Part shown: positions 27,429 through 37,654 of the stretch, piece after piece
How the letters are laid out: every line of letters starts with the position of its first letter
Position numbering within the stretch: position 1 is the first letter of the stretch
Source: a virus
Strand: one strand, 5' to 3'
Length of the DNA stretch: 64,000 bases
Virus record (IMG/VR): IMGVR_UViG_3300010396_000010
Coordinates: 8,350 to 72,349 of that record
Notes under the pieces: model-generated
Told to the model about the DNA's origin: nothing
Databases searched by the model: none
Seen by the model: only the letters and a program-made list of their open reading frames with translations
Position numbers and translations under genes: made by a program

Positions 27429-27952
27429 TAGGACACCGTTCCTACGCCGACTGCGGCAGTCATGCCATAGGCGGCGGAATTGATGAGCGGAGCCACCTGC
27501 GCCAAGATCTCATCCAGGGCTTCTTGTTCCCAAGGATTCGCCACCTGCCCGCGCACCGAGGTAAAAGCGTAGCGTCCGCCTGGGCCTTGGGGGAGTGGTC
27601 CCTTGCGCCAGCGATCCGCGCCAAAGACCAGGGCGCGGGCGTTGATGGGATAGATGCGCCCGGTGCCATTGCTGGCCGTGCCTTCGCGCAAGAAGATCAG
27701 CACGGCCTCATCTTCGGGGCGCGTGACGACAGCAAAGCCAACCTCGGAACCAAATTCTTCCAGGTGCAGCCCCGCCGCGAAGTCCCCGCTATCTTTGGGC
27801 GCATGTTCCTGAGCGATCAGTACAGCGGTATGCCCCGCCTGGAGCATAATACCGGCAGCACGCAGTAGTGCAATGGGATCATCCCAGCGGGCGAACTGCC
27901 CTAGGAAGTTGCGCAACTGTGAGACATCAACGGTAAACGATATGCCACTCAT
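27428..27952 (-). CDS. HK97 gp10-like tail completion protein
   Basis: APKDSGDF, FLREGT, IYPINARALVF, SVRGQVANPW. Confidence 0.75.
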   Translation of the reverse strand: MSGISFTVDVSQLRNFLGQFARWDDPIALLRAAGIMLQAGHTAVLIAQEHAPKDSGDFAAGLHLEEFGSEVGFAVVTRPEDEAVLIFLREGTASNGTGRIYPINARALVFGADRWRKGPLPQGPGGRYAFTSVRGQVANPWEQEALDEILAQVAPLINSAAYGMTAAVGVGTVS

Positions 27953-28158
27953 TAGCCGTTCACCCAGCCGCGCACGCCGACACCGGAAATGCTGCCGATA
28001 GACGTGCCGCCCTTCTTGGTTTCCGTCTTGACACCCTTGGACATCTTGATTTTCTTGCGATGGGCATTGTGTGCCGCCGTCTTGTTCTTATTGCCATAGG
28101 CAGACTTGCCCCATCCCGTCTCGCCGGGTTTACGCCGCATGTGTCGCCTCCTAGTCAA
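27952..28158 (-). CDS. small basic protein
   Basis: K/R-rich; overlaps both neighbours. Confidence 0.5.
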   Translation of the reverse strand: MTRRRHMRRKPGETGWGKSAYGNKNKTAAHNAHRKKIKMSKGVKTETKKGGTSIGSISGVGVRGWVNG

Positions 28159-29737
28159 TCACGATGTACGTGAATCCATAGACGGTGTTGCCCTGACTCG
28201 CCGTAGGCGCGGTCTGGCAGGACACGGTAAAGTCGGTAGTGGTGGTGAGCGAGGGGTTCAGGTAGATCCCCAAGGCAATCGTTGCGCCGGTTGCCTCGTG
28301 GATCACGACTTTGGGCGCAGCGGTGAAGGCGTGGGCAAAGGTGATCTTGATCAGTGCTGCCGCTGATGGGCTGGTGCCAGTGCCAAAGGTGACGAATCCC
28401 CGCATGGATGATCCGGTCAGCACCGCAGCGGGCGGGCTGGTCCCCGCGCCCGTTTGCATCGCCGCCGAGCAGTTCGCGGTTTCCTGATGCCGCACACGCC
28501 CCCATGCATCCACAATGAAACCGGGATTATCACTGCTATCATGGGCTTCAATGAGGTTATTGGTTTGCCCGCCGAAGTAGCCCCTGGTGGTCAGCGGCAC
28601 TTGATCCGCTGGCGGCACGACATTGACCTTGCCGACGAACTGATAGCGCGAGTTCGCACTTGGCCCCGCGTCGGCATGCTCGAAGTAGGCCAAGCGATTG
28701 AATCCGCTCGGCGTGCCGCCGATGCCGGTAGGCGACGTGGAGCGATAATTATGAATCTCCACATCGTTGTTGTCGCCCGCGTTCGTATAGTCGATGGCGA
28801 ATCCACTAAAGCCATCGCACCGAGCGCGGATGCGACAGGAGGTGGTGCCGTCACTGGCAAGACCCAGGACGATGCCACTGGATGCCACGCCCGCGCCGAA
28901 AAACCAGCAATCATCAATCTGGACGAAGCCCGCACGAATCAGGCATTGCGCGATGGTCGCGCCCTCGCCGAGGCAGCCGACCATCTTTACGGTGGTGTTG
29001 CAGTAATACTGGTAGCCTACCGCTCCGCCCCAACAGTGTGTGCCGACGATGATAAGCCCCGTTGCCGCAGCGCCAGCGGCATAGATGCCATAGTTCGCGT
29101 TGGTCGTGCCATTGAGGAAGACCTGGCCGTTGACCATGACGCTATCATGGGGGCCATTCCAGTTGATCCCATGCCCGCCGCAGTCATGTATTTTAAAATT
29201 ATTGACATGCGCTTCCATCGAGTCAACGCCAGGACTGCTGCTCGACGTGGACCACTCCGAATAGATGCCATGTGAGGCCATATTGCGAATGCGCAGGTTT
29301 TCCAACAAGAAGCCATAGCCATAGATGCTCATGCCGCGCCCGCTGGTATTGCCCGCTTTATTGCCGTCCAGCGTCAGATCGCGGATGGCGAAGTTCGACA
29401 CGCCACCAGTGGTGTTGCCCCCAACCAACGTGTCAAAGTTATTGCTTTTAATCATGTCGCAATTGCTGCCAGATTTCAGTTTGATGACCGTATTGCCATA
29501 GCCTGTCCCCGCCAGTTCCACATTGTTATATTTGGGCAGGGAGGCGCTAGTGATATAGGGGGTGGTTTGCCCGCGCCCTGGCACCAGCACACGCCCGCCC
29601 CCTGCGGCATTGGCCGCACTGAGTGCATTGAGAAACGGCGTCGTATCATCATGGCTGCCATCGCCCTGCGCCTGGAAGTCGCGCACATTGTAATCGCGCT
29701 GGGAGACTTGTTGTACCAGCAGTCCGGTGTTGGGCAT
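28151..29737 (-). CDS. pectate-lyase-like beta-helix spike / depolymerase
   Basis: NVRDFQAQGDGSHDDT..GGGRVLVP, IRDLTLDGNK, repeated HGI beta-helix rungs. Confidence 0.85.
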   Translation of the reverse strand: MPNTGLLVQQVSQRDYNVRDFQAQGDGSHDDTTPFLNALSAANAAGGGRVLVPGRGQTTPYITSASLPKYNNVELAGTGYGNTVIKLKSGSNCDMIKSNNFDTLVGGNTTGGVSNFAIRDLTLDGNKAGNTSGRGMSIYGYGFLLENLRIRNMASHGIYSEWSTSSSSPGVDSMEAHVNNFKIHDCGGHGINWNGPHDSVMVNGQVFLNGTTNANYGIYAAGAAATGLIIVGTHCWGGAVGYQYYCNTTVKMVGCLGEGATIAQCLIRAGFVQIDDCWFFGAGVASSGIVLGLASDGTTSCRIRARCDGFSGFAIDYTNAGDNNDVEIHNYRSTSPTGIGGTPSGFNRLAYFEHADAGPSANSRYQFVGKVNVVPPADQVPLTTRGYFGGQTNNLIEAHDSSDNPGFIVDAWGRVRHQETANCSAAMQTGAGTSPPAAVLTGSSMRGFVTFGTGTSPSAAALIKITFAHAFTAAPKVVIHEATGATIALGIYLNPSLTTTTDFTVSCQTAPTASQGNTVYGFTYIVID

Positions 29738-29738
29738 C

Positions 29739-30203
29739 TTACACTCTCCCGATCAAGACAATCGGCGTCGCGCCAGTATTGACATTCTGTGCGGCAACCG
29801 TAAAGAGATGCACCACTGTCACCGGCCAGTCCCACCACACCTGAGCGCCGGGGACCAGCAGAAAGGTGCTGGCGCTGGCGGCAGCATCAAGGTTGTAAAA
29901 GACATTCGCGCCGGTGTTGTTCTGGATCGTCCAATGGTTGACGGTCGCGCCAAAGGTTGCCGAGGTGTCGGTGTTTGCCACCGTCACATTGCTTGGCACC
30001 GTGACGGTGGTATTCGCCCCAGCGGTGATGTTCGTCTGTTGCACCAGCATTGGCGCGACGGGTTGCCCCGCGTTGCTGACCACCGTTCCGGCCTGGAACG
30101 CCACGAACTGCTGCCCCGCCACGTCGAACAGCCCTTGAAAGGCAACTGTCTGCCCATTACCATTACCCAGCGGCAGCGGCGCGGTATACGTGTTTGTTGT
30201 CAT
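29739..30203 (-). CDS. virion-associated beta-rich protein
   Basis: T/V/N-rich; WTIQNNTGANVF. Confidence 0.55.
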   Translation of the reverse strand: MTTNTYTAPLPLGNGNGQTVAFQGLFDVAGQQFVAFQAGTVVSNAGQPVAPMLVQQTNITAGANTTVTVPSNVTVANTDTSATFGATVNHWTIQNNTGANVFYNLDAAASASTFLLVPGAQVWWDWPVTVVHLFTVAAQNVNTGATPIVLIGRV

Positions 30204-30213
30204 ACGTCCATCC

Positions 30214-30738
30214 TTACCACTGCTGCTTGTTCATCTGAAACTGCGCCTGTTTCGGTTTGCCATCACTATTGGGGAGCAAGTTACCGGATGCATAATAAGC
30301 AACGCGATTGACGGTGGTAGCCCATCCCGCCGAGATACACCCCATTGCCACGAGGTTAATGTCCCCGCGTTCGAGCATGCCCATCATCGCATCGTAGCTG
30401 TTTTGCAATGCCGCCGAGCGTTTGCCCAGATCTTCTTCACCCGACTCGAACCGCGTGTGTTCCACGAACGCTGCCGCGCCGAGGGCGCACGTCTCTTGCA
30501 GGAGCGGCATGATCGCCGCCCCGGCTGGCGGAGGCACTATCACACCCGCTTTGAGCAACACGGCGTCAATTTCCCGGCTGATATAGACGAGGAATTGATG
30601 CACCTGGCGCATGTTCACCGCGTCATCGGCTTCAATCCGCATCGACACGAAGTGGGATTGCACCGCCTGGATGTCCGCGTAGACACCGTTGTTGGGCGAC
30701 GTAAAGATCGTGTCGCTCACGCTATAGGGATAGGACAT
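30214..30738 (-). CDS. head-tail adaptor (Mu gp36-like)
   Basis: YADIQAV, ISREIDAVL..G.IVP, LLQETCA. Confidence 0.65.
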   Translation of the reverse strand: MSYPYSVSDTIFTSPNNGVYADIQAVQSHFVSMRIEADDAVNMRQVHQFLVYISREIDAVLLKAGVIVPPPAGAAIMPLLQETCALGAAAFVEHTRFESGEEDLGKRSAALQNSYDAMMGMLERGDINLVAMGCISAGWATTVNRVAYYASGNLLPNSDGKPKQAQFQMNKQQW

Positions 30739-30747
30739 GGGTGCCTC

Positions 30748-31095
30748 CTAGTAGACGCAGCGCACGATGAAGAAGCGCGAGAGGGTTTGGAATGGGGCTG
30801 AGGGGGCGCTATTCCAGGTGATGGTGACGCGATAGCCATAGCCCACCGTGAAGGCATGTAAGGTGATGGTCAGGATGTTGCCCGCAAGGGACGGCGTTCC
30901 ACTGACGGTTGTGCTGGTGAGGTCCGTCCACAGATCCTCGCAGTCCAGCGGCCCGCCCATGACCTTGATCACCTGGCCGTTGATGCTGCCCCCGGCAAGA
31001 TAACTGGTCAGATCGACGGTCTGGATCACCTGCATGGCGCTATTGGCCTCGATGGCCGAGAAGGGCAGTTCGAGCAGTGAACGAGTCCAAGGCAT
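30748..31095 (-). CDS. hypothetical virion protein
   Basis: Beta-rich ORF within the operon. Confidence 0.55.
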   Translation of the reverse strand: MPWTRSLLELPFSAIEANSAMQVIQTVDLTSYLAGGSINGQVIKVMGGPLDCEDLWTDLTSTTVSGTPSLAGNILTITLHAFTVGYGYRVTITWNSAPSAPFQTLSRFFIVRCVY

Positions 31096-31544
31096 TACTG
31101 ACTCCTCAGCACGACACCAACCGTGATCAGACCACTTGTCGGCTGAACCGTGAATGCCACGCGGAAACTGACGTAGGGATAGGCGTGCTGGAGATTGGCA
31201 AGAGTGCTAAACGTTGTCCAGTTCTTCGTGAGCGTATTGACCGACTGCCCCGCGCCCTGTGACTGCATATCGGAGGTGAGTCCCGTAAAACTTGCCAGCA
31301 TCGTGACCGTTGCGGTCTGATCGGTTTGGTTATTGACATAGAGCAGCTTGGGACCGGAGAATTGCCGACAGTCCACCAGAATAAAGTTCGCTGCATCCGT
31401 TGACGGATCGTGGTTGGCTGTGTCTCGAATTGCCACGCCCGCTGGAGGGGTGATGTAGAATGGAGCGGCCAGTGTTGATGCAATGGCGGCTAAATCGTTC
31501 GGTGGCGCGTATCGCGTGTCCAGTGGGTTTGCGAGGGTAATCAT
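31095..31544 (-). CDS. hypothetical virion protein
   Basis: Resembles 31554-31976 (YVSFRV...PTSG.IT versus YLSVRV...PSSG.VT). Confidence 0.6.
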   Translation of the reverse strand: MITLANPLDTRYAPPNDLAAIASTLAAPFYITPPAGVAIRDTANHDPSTDAANFILVDCRQFSGPKLLYVNNQTDQTATVTMLASFTGLTSDMQSQGAGQSVNTLTKNWTTFSTLANLQHAYPYVSFRVAFTVQPTSGLITVGVVLRSQ

Positions 31545-31553
31545 GATGAACTC

Positions 31554-31976
31554 CTAGCAGCTTCGCGCCGTAATATAGGTGGTGACGCTGCCGCTGGATG
31601 GGGTACTCTGTGCGATCACCCGCACACTGAGGTAGCCCAACGGGTCCATCAACTGCGGCCACGTCTGCGGATCGATGATCTGCGTGGTGGCAGCCTTGAC
31701 GAGCATCGGTGGGCCAAAGGCTACCGGATCAATCGTGGTGAGTGGCGTTCCCATCAACTGTATGCTGATGTCGGCATTCAAGCCATTGACGACAAAGACG
31801 AGGCGATAGCCACCTAGCAGCGTGCAGTTCGCAACCGCGACGCCCGCATTGGAGGTGGGGTCATAGGTGGCGGTGTCGCGGATCGCCAGTGCAGCGATCA
31901 CCTGCTGCACCACCACTTTGGCCTGAGAGACATCGCCGGGATCGGTGCCGACGAGGATGGTTCCAAGGATGGACAT
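31554..31976 (-). CDS. hypothetical virion protein
   Basis: GGAGG SD; probable paralog of its neighbour. Confidence 0.6.
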   Translation of the reverse strand: MSILGTILVGTDPGDVSQAKVVVQQVIAALAIRDTATYDPTSNAGVAVANCTLLGGYRLVFVVNGLNADISIQLMGTPLTTIDPVAFGPPMLVKAATTQIIDPQTWPQLMDPLGYLSVRVIAQSTPSSGSVTTYITARSC

Positions 31977-31997
31977 AGCGACCTCCTAGCGACGCGG

Positions 31998-32408
31998 CTA
32001 GGCGTCGTCCCCTTCTTCGTCCGTAGGCTGGGGATCATCCACTGGACCTGTGTGTTCCTCGGCCTCAGCGATGTTCGCCAGGCGTGCCGCTTCGGCGGTA
32101 TCCTGGGTGCGGGCCTCGTGCGCTTCCAGGCGTGCGCGTTGCTCTGGCGTCAGGTTCAGGAACCGCTTCCAGATGTCCGACATTTCGGTTTTTGTGAGGC
32201 CGCGCATGCCCAACTGGCGTTGCGCATATGCCTGTTGTTCGAGGATTTCCTGCGCATCCGGGCCTTCGAGCCAACCGCCCTTGCGCAGTTCTTTGATTTG
32301 TTCGTCGCTGACTTCTGGGCCAAAGGTGATGCTATCGCCCTTCTGGTAGAGTTGATGATTGAGGTTGATGGGCTGCACCACCAGATGTGTGCGCTTGATA
32401 CGAGCCAT
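31998..32408 (-). CDS. hypothetical protein
   Basis: N-terminus typical of small proteins encoded after capsid genes. Confidence 0.6.
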   Translation of the reverse strand: MARIKRTHLVVQPINLNHQLYQKGDSITFGPEVSDEQIKELRKGGWLEGPDAQEILEQQAYAQRQLGMRGLTKTEMSDIWKRFLNLTPEQRARLEAHEARTQDTAEAARLANIAEAEEHTGPVDDPQPTDEEGDDA

Positions 32409-32422
32409 AGCGGAGTTCCTTT

Positions 32423-32743
32423 CTAGTGGCCGAGGGTGATATTGGCCGTGCGGCTCGCCGCGTCGGCTTTGAGATAGATATTCGTCGCATCCGGCGCAGC
32501 CGATTGCTGAATATTCCCTGCCGAGGTCATGACAATGCCATAGATGACGGGGGTATAGGTCAGTCCGTGCGCCACTGCGACCTGAACGGTGCCGATTGCC
32601 CCGCTGGCAAGCAGTGTGTGCAATGGCGCTGGGGTCGGCACCGCGCCGCCAAAGGTGGGCGCGGTTTGCCCTGTCGCCGCTTCCAGGGCTTCAAAGCGGC
32701 GTTCCAGGTAGGATGGCTCACTATTCGCCTGAGTATTCGGCAT
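32423..32743 (-). CDS. putative head fibre/decoration protein
   Basis: VAHGLTYTP..DATNIY fibre-like motif. Confidence 0.55.
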   Translation of the reverse strand: MPNTQANSEPSYLERRFEALEAATGQTAPTFGGAVPTPAPLHTLLASGAIGTVQVAVAHGLTYTPVIYGIVMTSAGNIQQSAAPDATNIYLKADAASRTANITLGH

Positions 32744-32755
32744 GGGGTGTTCCTC

Positions 32756-33700
32756 CTACGCGATACAGGTGCCAAAGAGGTAGCCGCTCAGGGGGGCAAC
32801 CGTCTTAATGACGTAGGTGATGCTGACCTCAACGTAGGTGCCTTTGCGTTCTTCGCTGCGATAGGTGCGCGTCGCAAAGCCCGTCGCGCCCGTTGTGCTA
32901 TCGGGTGCCGCGAACATATAGGCCAGCGAAACACTTTTGAGGGTGGGCGTCGGGTTCAGGTACATCACAATCGCGTTCTTGCCCCAAATGGAGGCACCAG
33001 AGAAGGCGCGACCTTCGACGGCGCTATCGTAGACGGAACTCGGTTCAATGACGCGCAAGCCCCGCACGATACCCGGCAAGCCGCTCTCATTCAAGCTCTT
33101 CGGGTCGGTGTACTTGATGAGATCCTTGATCTGCGGATGGTCCGCCAGCACCAGGGACACATCGTAGGGCGAGACAAAGGTGTTGGCGCGTTTCATCACG
33201 CCGAAGCGCACGCCGACCTTGGCGGCTTTCAGGTTGGTGAGCGGCGTCGAGTTGGCGTAGTCACTCCACTGCGCCGTTCCCGCCAGCGCCGTGTTCTGCG
33301 TCAGGTTGGCGGTGTTGGTGACGTAGGTGGCGATCTCATATTCAATCGCGGCTTGGATGTTATCGGTGATCATCTGCGTGGCGTCGATCTGCTCGTTGAG
33401 GGGCGCGTCCTGCTCCATCTCGTTATCATCGAGGATCAGGTGGCGCTCGGTGCGCTCTTGGGCCATGAACGAGCTCGTGGTCAGCGTATAGTTGAAATCG
33501 TTCGCAAGGCCACTCGGCATGCGGCGCAGATCGCGGTAGCGGAAGTTTTCTTTCCCGTACACGAACCACACGTCGCTGCGCTTTTTGACGGGGACCATCG
33601 GCACGACCTGATTTCCCACGTACTCCTCGTTCAGGAACGCTTGGGAGAAATTGGTCAATGCCTGGTCGATATGGATCTGTGTTGCCTGGGGTGACGGCAT
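32756..33700 (-). CDS. major capsid protein
   Basis: HIDQALTNFS..YVGNQVVP.VPV, QWSD, IWGKNA, GYLF; follows protease and decoration genes. Confidence 0.9.
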   Translation of the reverse strand: MPSPQATQIHIDQALTNFSQAFLNEEYVGNQVVPMVPVKKRSDVWFVYGKENFRYRDLRRMPSGLANDFNYTLTTSSFMAQERTERHLILDDNEMEQDAPLNEQIDATQMITDNIQAAIEYEIATYVTNTANLTQNTALAGTAQWSDYANSTPLTNLKAAKVGVRFGVMKRANTFVSPYDVSLVLADHPQIKDLIKYTDPKSLNESGLPGIVRGLRVIEPSSVYDSAVEGRAFSGASIWGKNAIVMYLNPTPTLKSVSLAYMFAAPDSTTGATGFATRTYRSEERKGTYVEVSITYVIKTVAPLSGYLFGTCIA

Positions 33701-33718
33701 GGGTCACGCTCCTTTCCG

Positions 33719-34198
33719 TTAGTAGGACACGCCAGGGGTGAGGCGCACATAGACGATATCGCCATCCGCCGACGACTCGGTGACGGCAAAGCCCACGATG
33801 GGGAAGGGCTGCGATCCCGCCGCCGTTTGCGTGGAGGCTTGCACCGTATAGACGGTAATAGCTGCGGAATAGCCCGCTGGGGTGATGCTGATGGTGGGAC
33901 CGCACTTGACGGCGTTCCCGGCGTGGATCGTGCCTTTGGCGTAGCAGCGTGCAACGCCATATTCCTGCACGCCCATGACGGTGATGTTCGCCGCTTCGGC
34001 CTCACTGCTGGGTACCGAGGGGCCAGCATCCACCTCAGCGATGCCGACAATGACATCCGCCGCTGTGCCAGCGGGATTGGTCACCATGTAGGGGTTGCCC
34101 GATCCTTTGAGGACCACCGGAGCGCCCTGGTAGGCGGTGACAGTAGTATCCCAATAGTAGCTATTGGGCGGCAGAGGGGTATAGTTGGATGCAGCCAT
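33719..34198 (-). CDS. capsid cement/decoration protein
   Basis: IVGIA, GTIHAGNAV, VGFAVTESSADGDIVYVRL. Confidence 0.75.
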   Translation of the reverse strand: MAASNYTPLPPNSYYWDTTVTAYQGAPVVLKGSGNPYMVTNPAGTAADVIVGIAEVDAGPSVPSSEAEAANITVMGVQEYGVARCYAKGTIHAGNAVKCGPTISITPAGYSAAITVYTVQASTQTAAGSQPFPIVGFAVTESSADGDIVYVRLTPGVSY

Positions 34199-35613
34199 TA
34201 GGCGCGTCCTCCTTTGAGTTCTTTTTCCGCCATCAACAGGGCGTCACGATGCGGCACTTTTTTTTCGCCCTTGATTTTCTCCGCCAGTTCCACCAACTGG
34301 ACATCGTAGCGCACGCCATTGACGCTGCCCTGTTCGCCCGAAGTTGCGCCCGATCCGACTTCGCCCAGCGACACCGACTTGGGGCGGCTCGGAATCTCGC
34401 TCAACAGATATTCGCGGACAGGCTGTGCCATCGTTGGCACCTTTTTCTCGTAGTCTTCGCGCTGCGCCGGGGTAATGCGCCCGTCGCGGGTCGCCTTTTC
34501 CAGCATGTCGCTGAATTGCAACAGCAACCGTGTTTCGCGCTCGATGCCGATCTGCTTCGTCGCCTCAGATAGTTGTGTTTCGAGGGCGGCACTCTTGGTT
34601 TCTGCGGCAGTCAATTTTTCACTCAGCTCGGTTTTTGCCACTTCCGCCGCCTCTGCCTTTTTGACGAGTTCGCTCAGTTGGGTTTGCATGGCTTCTTGTT
34701 TTGCCGCCATTTCGGCCAACTGCACTTCGGGGGTCTTGTCCGGCACGTTCGTACTCCTTGGGTCAGAATGGGGTTCGCTCATTGAGGATTTGCCGAGGTC
34801 ACGCCAGGATTTCTCTTGAATATGGATGCCAAAGCGCCGCGCCGCGCTCTTGAGTCGCGCCCATGCCGCGTCGCGTTCGGTGTCCGAGACACCTTGCACC
34901 TGCATGAAGCGTCCCAACGCCGCTTTGACGTTGCCGGGGCGCGAGAGGATGATTTTGCGCTGCGCGGTAAAGGCAAACGCCGAGGTCGGCATGCGATCCC
35001 GCACGCTTTGCGGGGTCGTATGCTCGTGTTCCGCCATCAGCAGCGCGGCGATCTCGGCATCGGTGAAGGTTTGCCAGTCATCCATCCCCACAAAGTCGCT
35101 GAGCGCGGCTGGCAGGGCGTTGGGCTGGCTGTCGAGGGGTTCCACTTGCGGTTCCGCGCAGGAAATCGCTTGCATATCCTTGATGCGGGGGAAATTGGTC
35201 AAGGTGATGCCGCTCAGCACATTCTTATGGACCTGGCCGCTCTCCGGGTCTTCCCATTCGCGGTAGAGTTCCGCCGAAATGTACTTCCACGCGCCCTCAT
35301 TGACTTCCCGTTCGCCGGAATCGGTGTATTTCGGTGTCGCGTAGATCGCTTCACCATCATCGGAGAGGGCAAGGTCTGTTGCCCATCCCGCAGCGCCATA
35401 CTGCGGCAGGTGTTCGCGGGTAATAGGGGTGTCCTGACGCCGCACACGCGCCTTGTGGTTGGCGACGAACTCTTTCAAGTCGTCTTTGGTGACGACCAGT
35501 CGGCCAATGTCCTTGAAATTCCACGTGCCGGTGCGCAACACCTGCACTGGCTTTCCTGCTTCGCCCAGCGCAAAGGGCGCGACTAGCCCCCACCGCCCTT
35601 TGATATCGGGCAT
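34198..35613 (-). CDS. Mu I-like prohead protease/scaffold with an internal DUF6582-like domain
   Basis: PITREH, AAGW, WKYISAE, ITLTNFP; coiled-coil scaffold ending DGRITPAQRE. Confidence 0.88.
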   Translation of the reverse strand: MPDIKGRWGLVAPFALGEAGKPVQVLRTGTWNFKDIGRLVVTKDDLKEFVANHKARVRRQDTPITREHLPQYGAAGWATDLALSDDGEAIYATPKYTDSGEREVNEGAWKYISAELYREWEDPESGQVHKNVLSGITLTNFPRIKDMQAISCAEPQVEPLDSQPNALPAALSDFVGMDDWQTFTDAEIAALLMAEHEHTTPQSVRDRMPTSAFAFTAQRKIILSRPGNVKAALGRFMQVQGVSDTERDAAWARLKSAARRFGIHIQEKSWRDLGKSSMSEPHSDPRSTNVPDKTPEVQLAEMAAKQEAMQTQLSELVKKAEAAEVAKTELSEKLTAAETKSAALETQLSEATKQIGIERETRLLLQFSDMLEKATRDGRITPAQREDYEKKVPTMAQPVREYLLSEIPSRPKSVSLGEVGSGATSGEQGSVNGVRYDVQLVELAEKIKGEKKVPHRDALLMAEKELKGGRA

Positions 35614-35622
35614 GGCATGCTC

Positions 35623-35940
35623 CTAAGATGAATAGTCAACCGGGGGATATGAAGCGTTCCACGTGGTCAATTGCTCAATACTCGTTTCATCGAGTTGATG
35701 CATGTGCCAGTCTTCATAGCGACGGTGATCGTCTTTATTGCAGTAGAGATGTGGCACCATGACGCCCGGATTGCGTTGACCAGGCCAGACAATCATGGCA
35801 GGGTGCATGGTTTCTTGGTCGCCATCGACAAAAACCGATGCTATTTGATGTCCGGTTCGGTCAATGCGATCAACCACGACCGTCATGTTTCCCACGTGTA
35901 GGGTAAACATTTCTTTTGTCAAGCGTTCAAAAAGAGTCAT
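35623..35940 (-). CDS. hypothetical protein
   Basis: ATGA-coupled to the portal gene. Confidence 0.55.
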   Translation of the reverse strand: MTLFERLTKEMFTLHVGNMTVVVDRIDRTGHQIASVFVDGDQETMHPAMIVWPGQRNPGVMVPHLYCNKDDHRRYEDWHMHQLDETSIEQLTTWNASYPPVDYSS

Positions 35941-37652
35941 GATGCGCTCCGAATCTCATAGGGGCGTCGTTGACGCGCCGCTTTGTCCGATGGCCGCTCT
36001 GGGTGCCAGTTGAGAGCCGTGTTCTTCATGGCCTCAATTTCGCTCATGAAGGTCACATACGCCCGTTCGCGGTCCTTCTCACTCATATTGGCAACCGAAT
36101 TGGCCCCCACTGCCGCGCCCCCCACGCTCTTGTTGCGCATCTTGGGACGGGGAGCGACCGCCCGTTGCACCTGACTGCCCTTGCCGCCACTGGCAGCACC
36201 CTTGGCCTTGGCGGATTGTGGCTGTTGGCTGTCATCCGGTGTGCTATTCGGCTTCGTGGTATTCAACAAGGTATCGTTAGCAGCCTGGGCGGTCGCTTCC
36301 AGGGCGTCCATTGCGACTTGCTGGTGATAGTCCTCGTCGCGCTCTGGTAGGTCCATGATGGCGCGTAGCACGTTCTCCGTGCGGGGGTCGGGACTGAGGA
36401 ACCCGTACTGCGCGAAGGCGTTGAGCGCCATCGCCATGTTGTTCAATGCCCGTTGGCCGATGTCACCGTGCGCCAGGCGCGGCATCTTCGAGCGGTCCAC
36501 GTTGGGGAAGTTATGTTCAAGCAACTGCATAGTCGCCTGTAAGTGAAACTCCGACGCCACGTAGTTTGCTTCGCCATTCAGGGCATCGAGGAACATTTGC
36601 GATTGCGCCTCGGATAACGCATACGAGCCGGTGGTGCCGCTACTGCGCGTCCCCAGGTTCACGAACTGCGCTAGGCCGCTCTTGATGATCTGTTCGTCGT
36701 GGTGTTCAATCGCCAACTGCAAGGCTTCCGCGTTAAACTTGCCGTCCAGAAAACCGATCTCGACCTCGTTGCCATCGAACGCCACATATGCCTGATCATC
36801 AATGCGCAGGTTGGTGAGCATGCTTTTCACGTACTCGATGGTCGCGGGAGCGACATCCATCAAATACCGTGCATACGGCACACCCACTGCTGCTCGTTCC
36901 AGACCGATCCCCTGAATTTTATAGAGGATATCCTTGATCAACCAATGCTTATAGGTGGGACGTAAGAGGCTGATGCCGTCGAGGTTATCGCCCTCTTTGT
37001 TGTGACTGAACACTACCAACTTCGCAGCGGGGATATCCGTCATGTGGTAATCGGGCGGAGCGAGCTGGGTCATGCTCGTAAAGCGGCGATGAATCACGCC
37101 ACCGGGGCCACGCACCGGATCGAAGTTCCAGCGCCAGCGCGTGTTTTGGTAGCGATAGGCGAACTTGAACCAGCCCAGTTTGCCCTCCCACTCGCCCTCC
37201 ATCCAGTCGAAGACCTTCTCAAACACCGAGAACCCAAAGGGCAGATAGTTGAATGCCTCTCGCGCAAAGCCATCAAATGTCTGATCGCCATAACTCCATA
37301 GGTTGTCATGCAGAAAGTCTGCCATGCGGATGCTAGCGGGTGAATCATCGAATGGCTGGATATACCACTTACTCGACCGGAGCGGCATGCAGTACGAAGC
37401 AATGAGTGCTGCCACCGTCGCATCGGATCGGCGCATCTGGTCATAGACAATCGGGGCTTGATAGGCGCTTAGTGCGGGAAGATACTCATCACTGATGATG
37501 CCAGAAAAGTTCTTGGTGCCAGAAACGCCACTCTCGGACAGCATTTGCGAGATGGGTTTGCCGCCCACATCCTGGCGCGGCTTCGGCGTGGATGCCCGAC
37601 TGGCTCGGCGCTTCGGCTTGGCCGGTGCCGCGTCGTCTATCGCTATTGCCAT
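35937..37652 (-). CDS. portal protein (Mu gp29/DUF935-like)
   Basis: YDQMRRSD, PFGFSVFEKV, GISLLRP, GLERAAVGVP, GSYAL. Confidence 0.92.
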   Translation of the reverse strand: MAIAIDDAAPAKPKRRASRASTPKPRQDVGGKPISQMLSESGVSGTKNFSGIISDEYLPALSAYQAPIVYDQMRRSDATVAALIASYCMPLRSSKWYIQPFDDSPASIRMADFLHDNLWSYGDQTFDGFAREAFNYLPFGFSVFEKVFDWMEGEWEGKLGWFKFAYRYQNTRWRWNFDPVRGPGGVIHRRFTSMTQLAPPDYHMTDIPAAKLVVFSHNKEGDNLDGISLLRPTYKHWLIKDILYKIQGIGLERAAVGVPYARYLMDVAPATIEYVKSMLTNLRIDDQAYVAFDGNEVEIGFLDGKFNAEALQLAIEHHDEQIIKSGLAQFVNLGTRSSGTTGSYALSEAQSQMFLDALNGEANYVASEFHLQATMQLLEHNFPNVDRSKMPRLAHGDIGQRALNNMAMALNAFAQYGFLSPDPRTENVLRAIMDLPERDEDYHQQVAMDALEATAQAANDTLLNTTKPNSTPDDSQQPQSAKAKGAASGGKGSQVQRAVAPRPKMRNKSVGGAAVGANSVANMSEKDRERAYVTFMSEIEAMKNTALNWHPERPSDKAARQRRPYEIRSAS

Positions 37653-37654
37653 GC

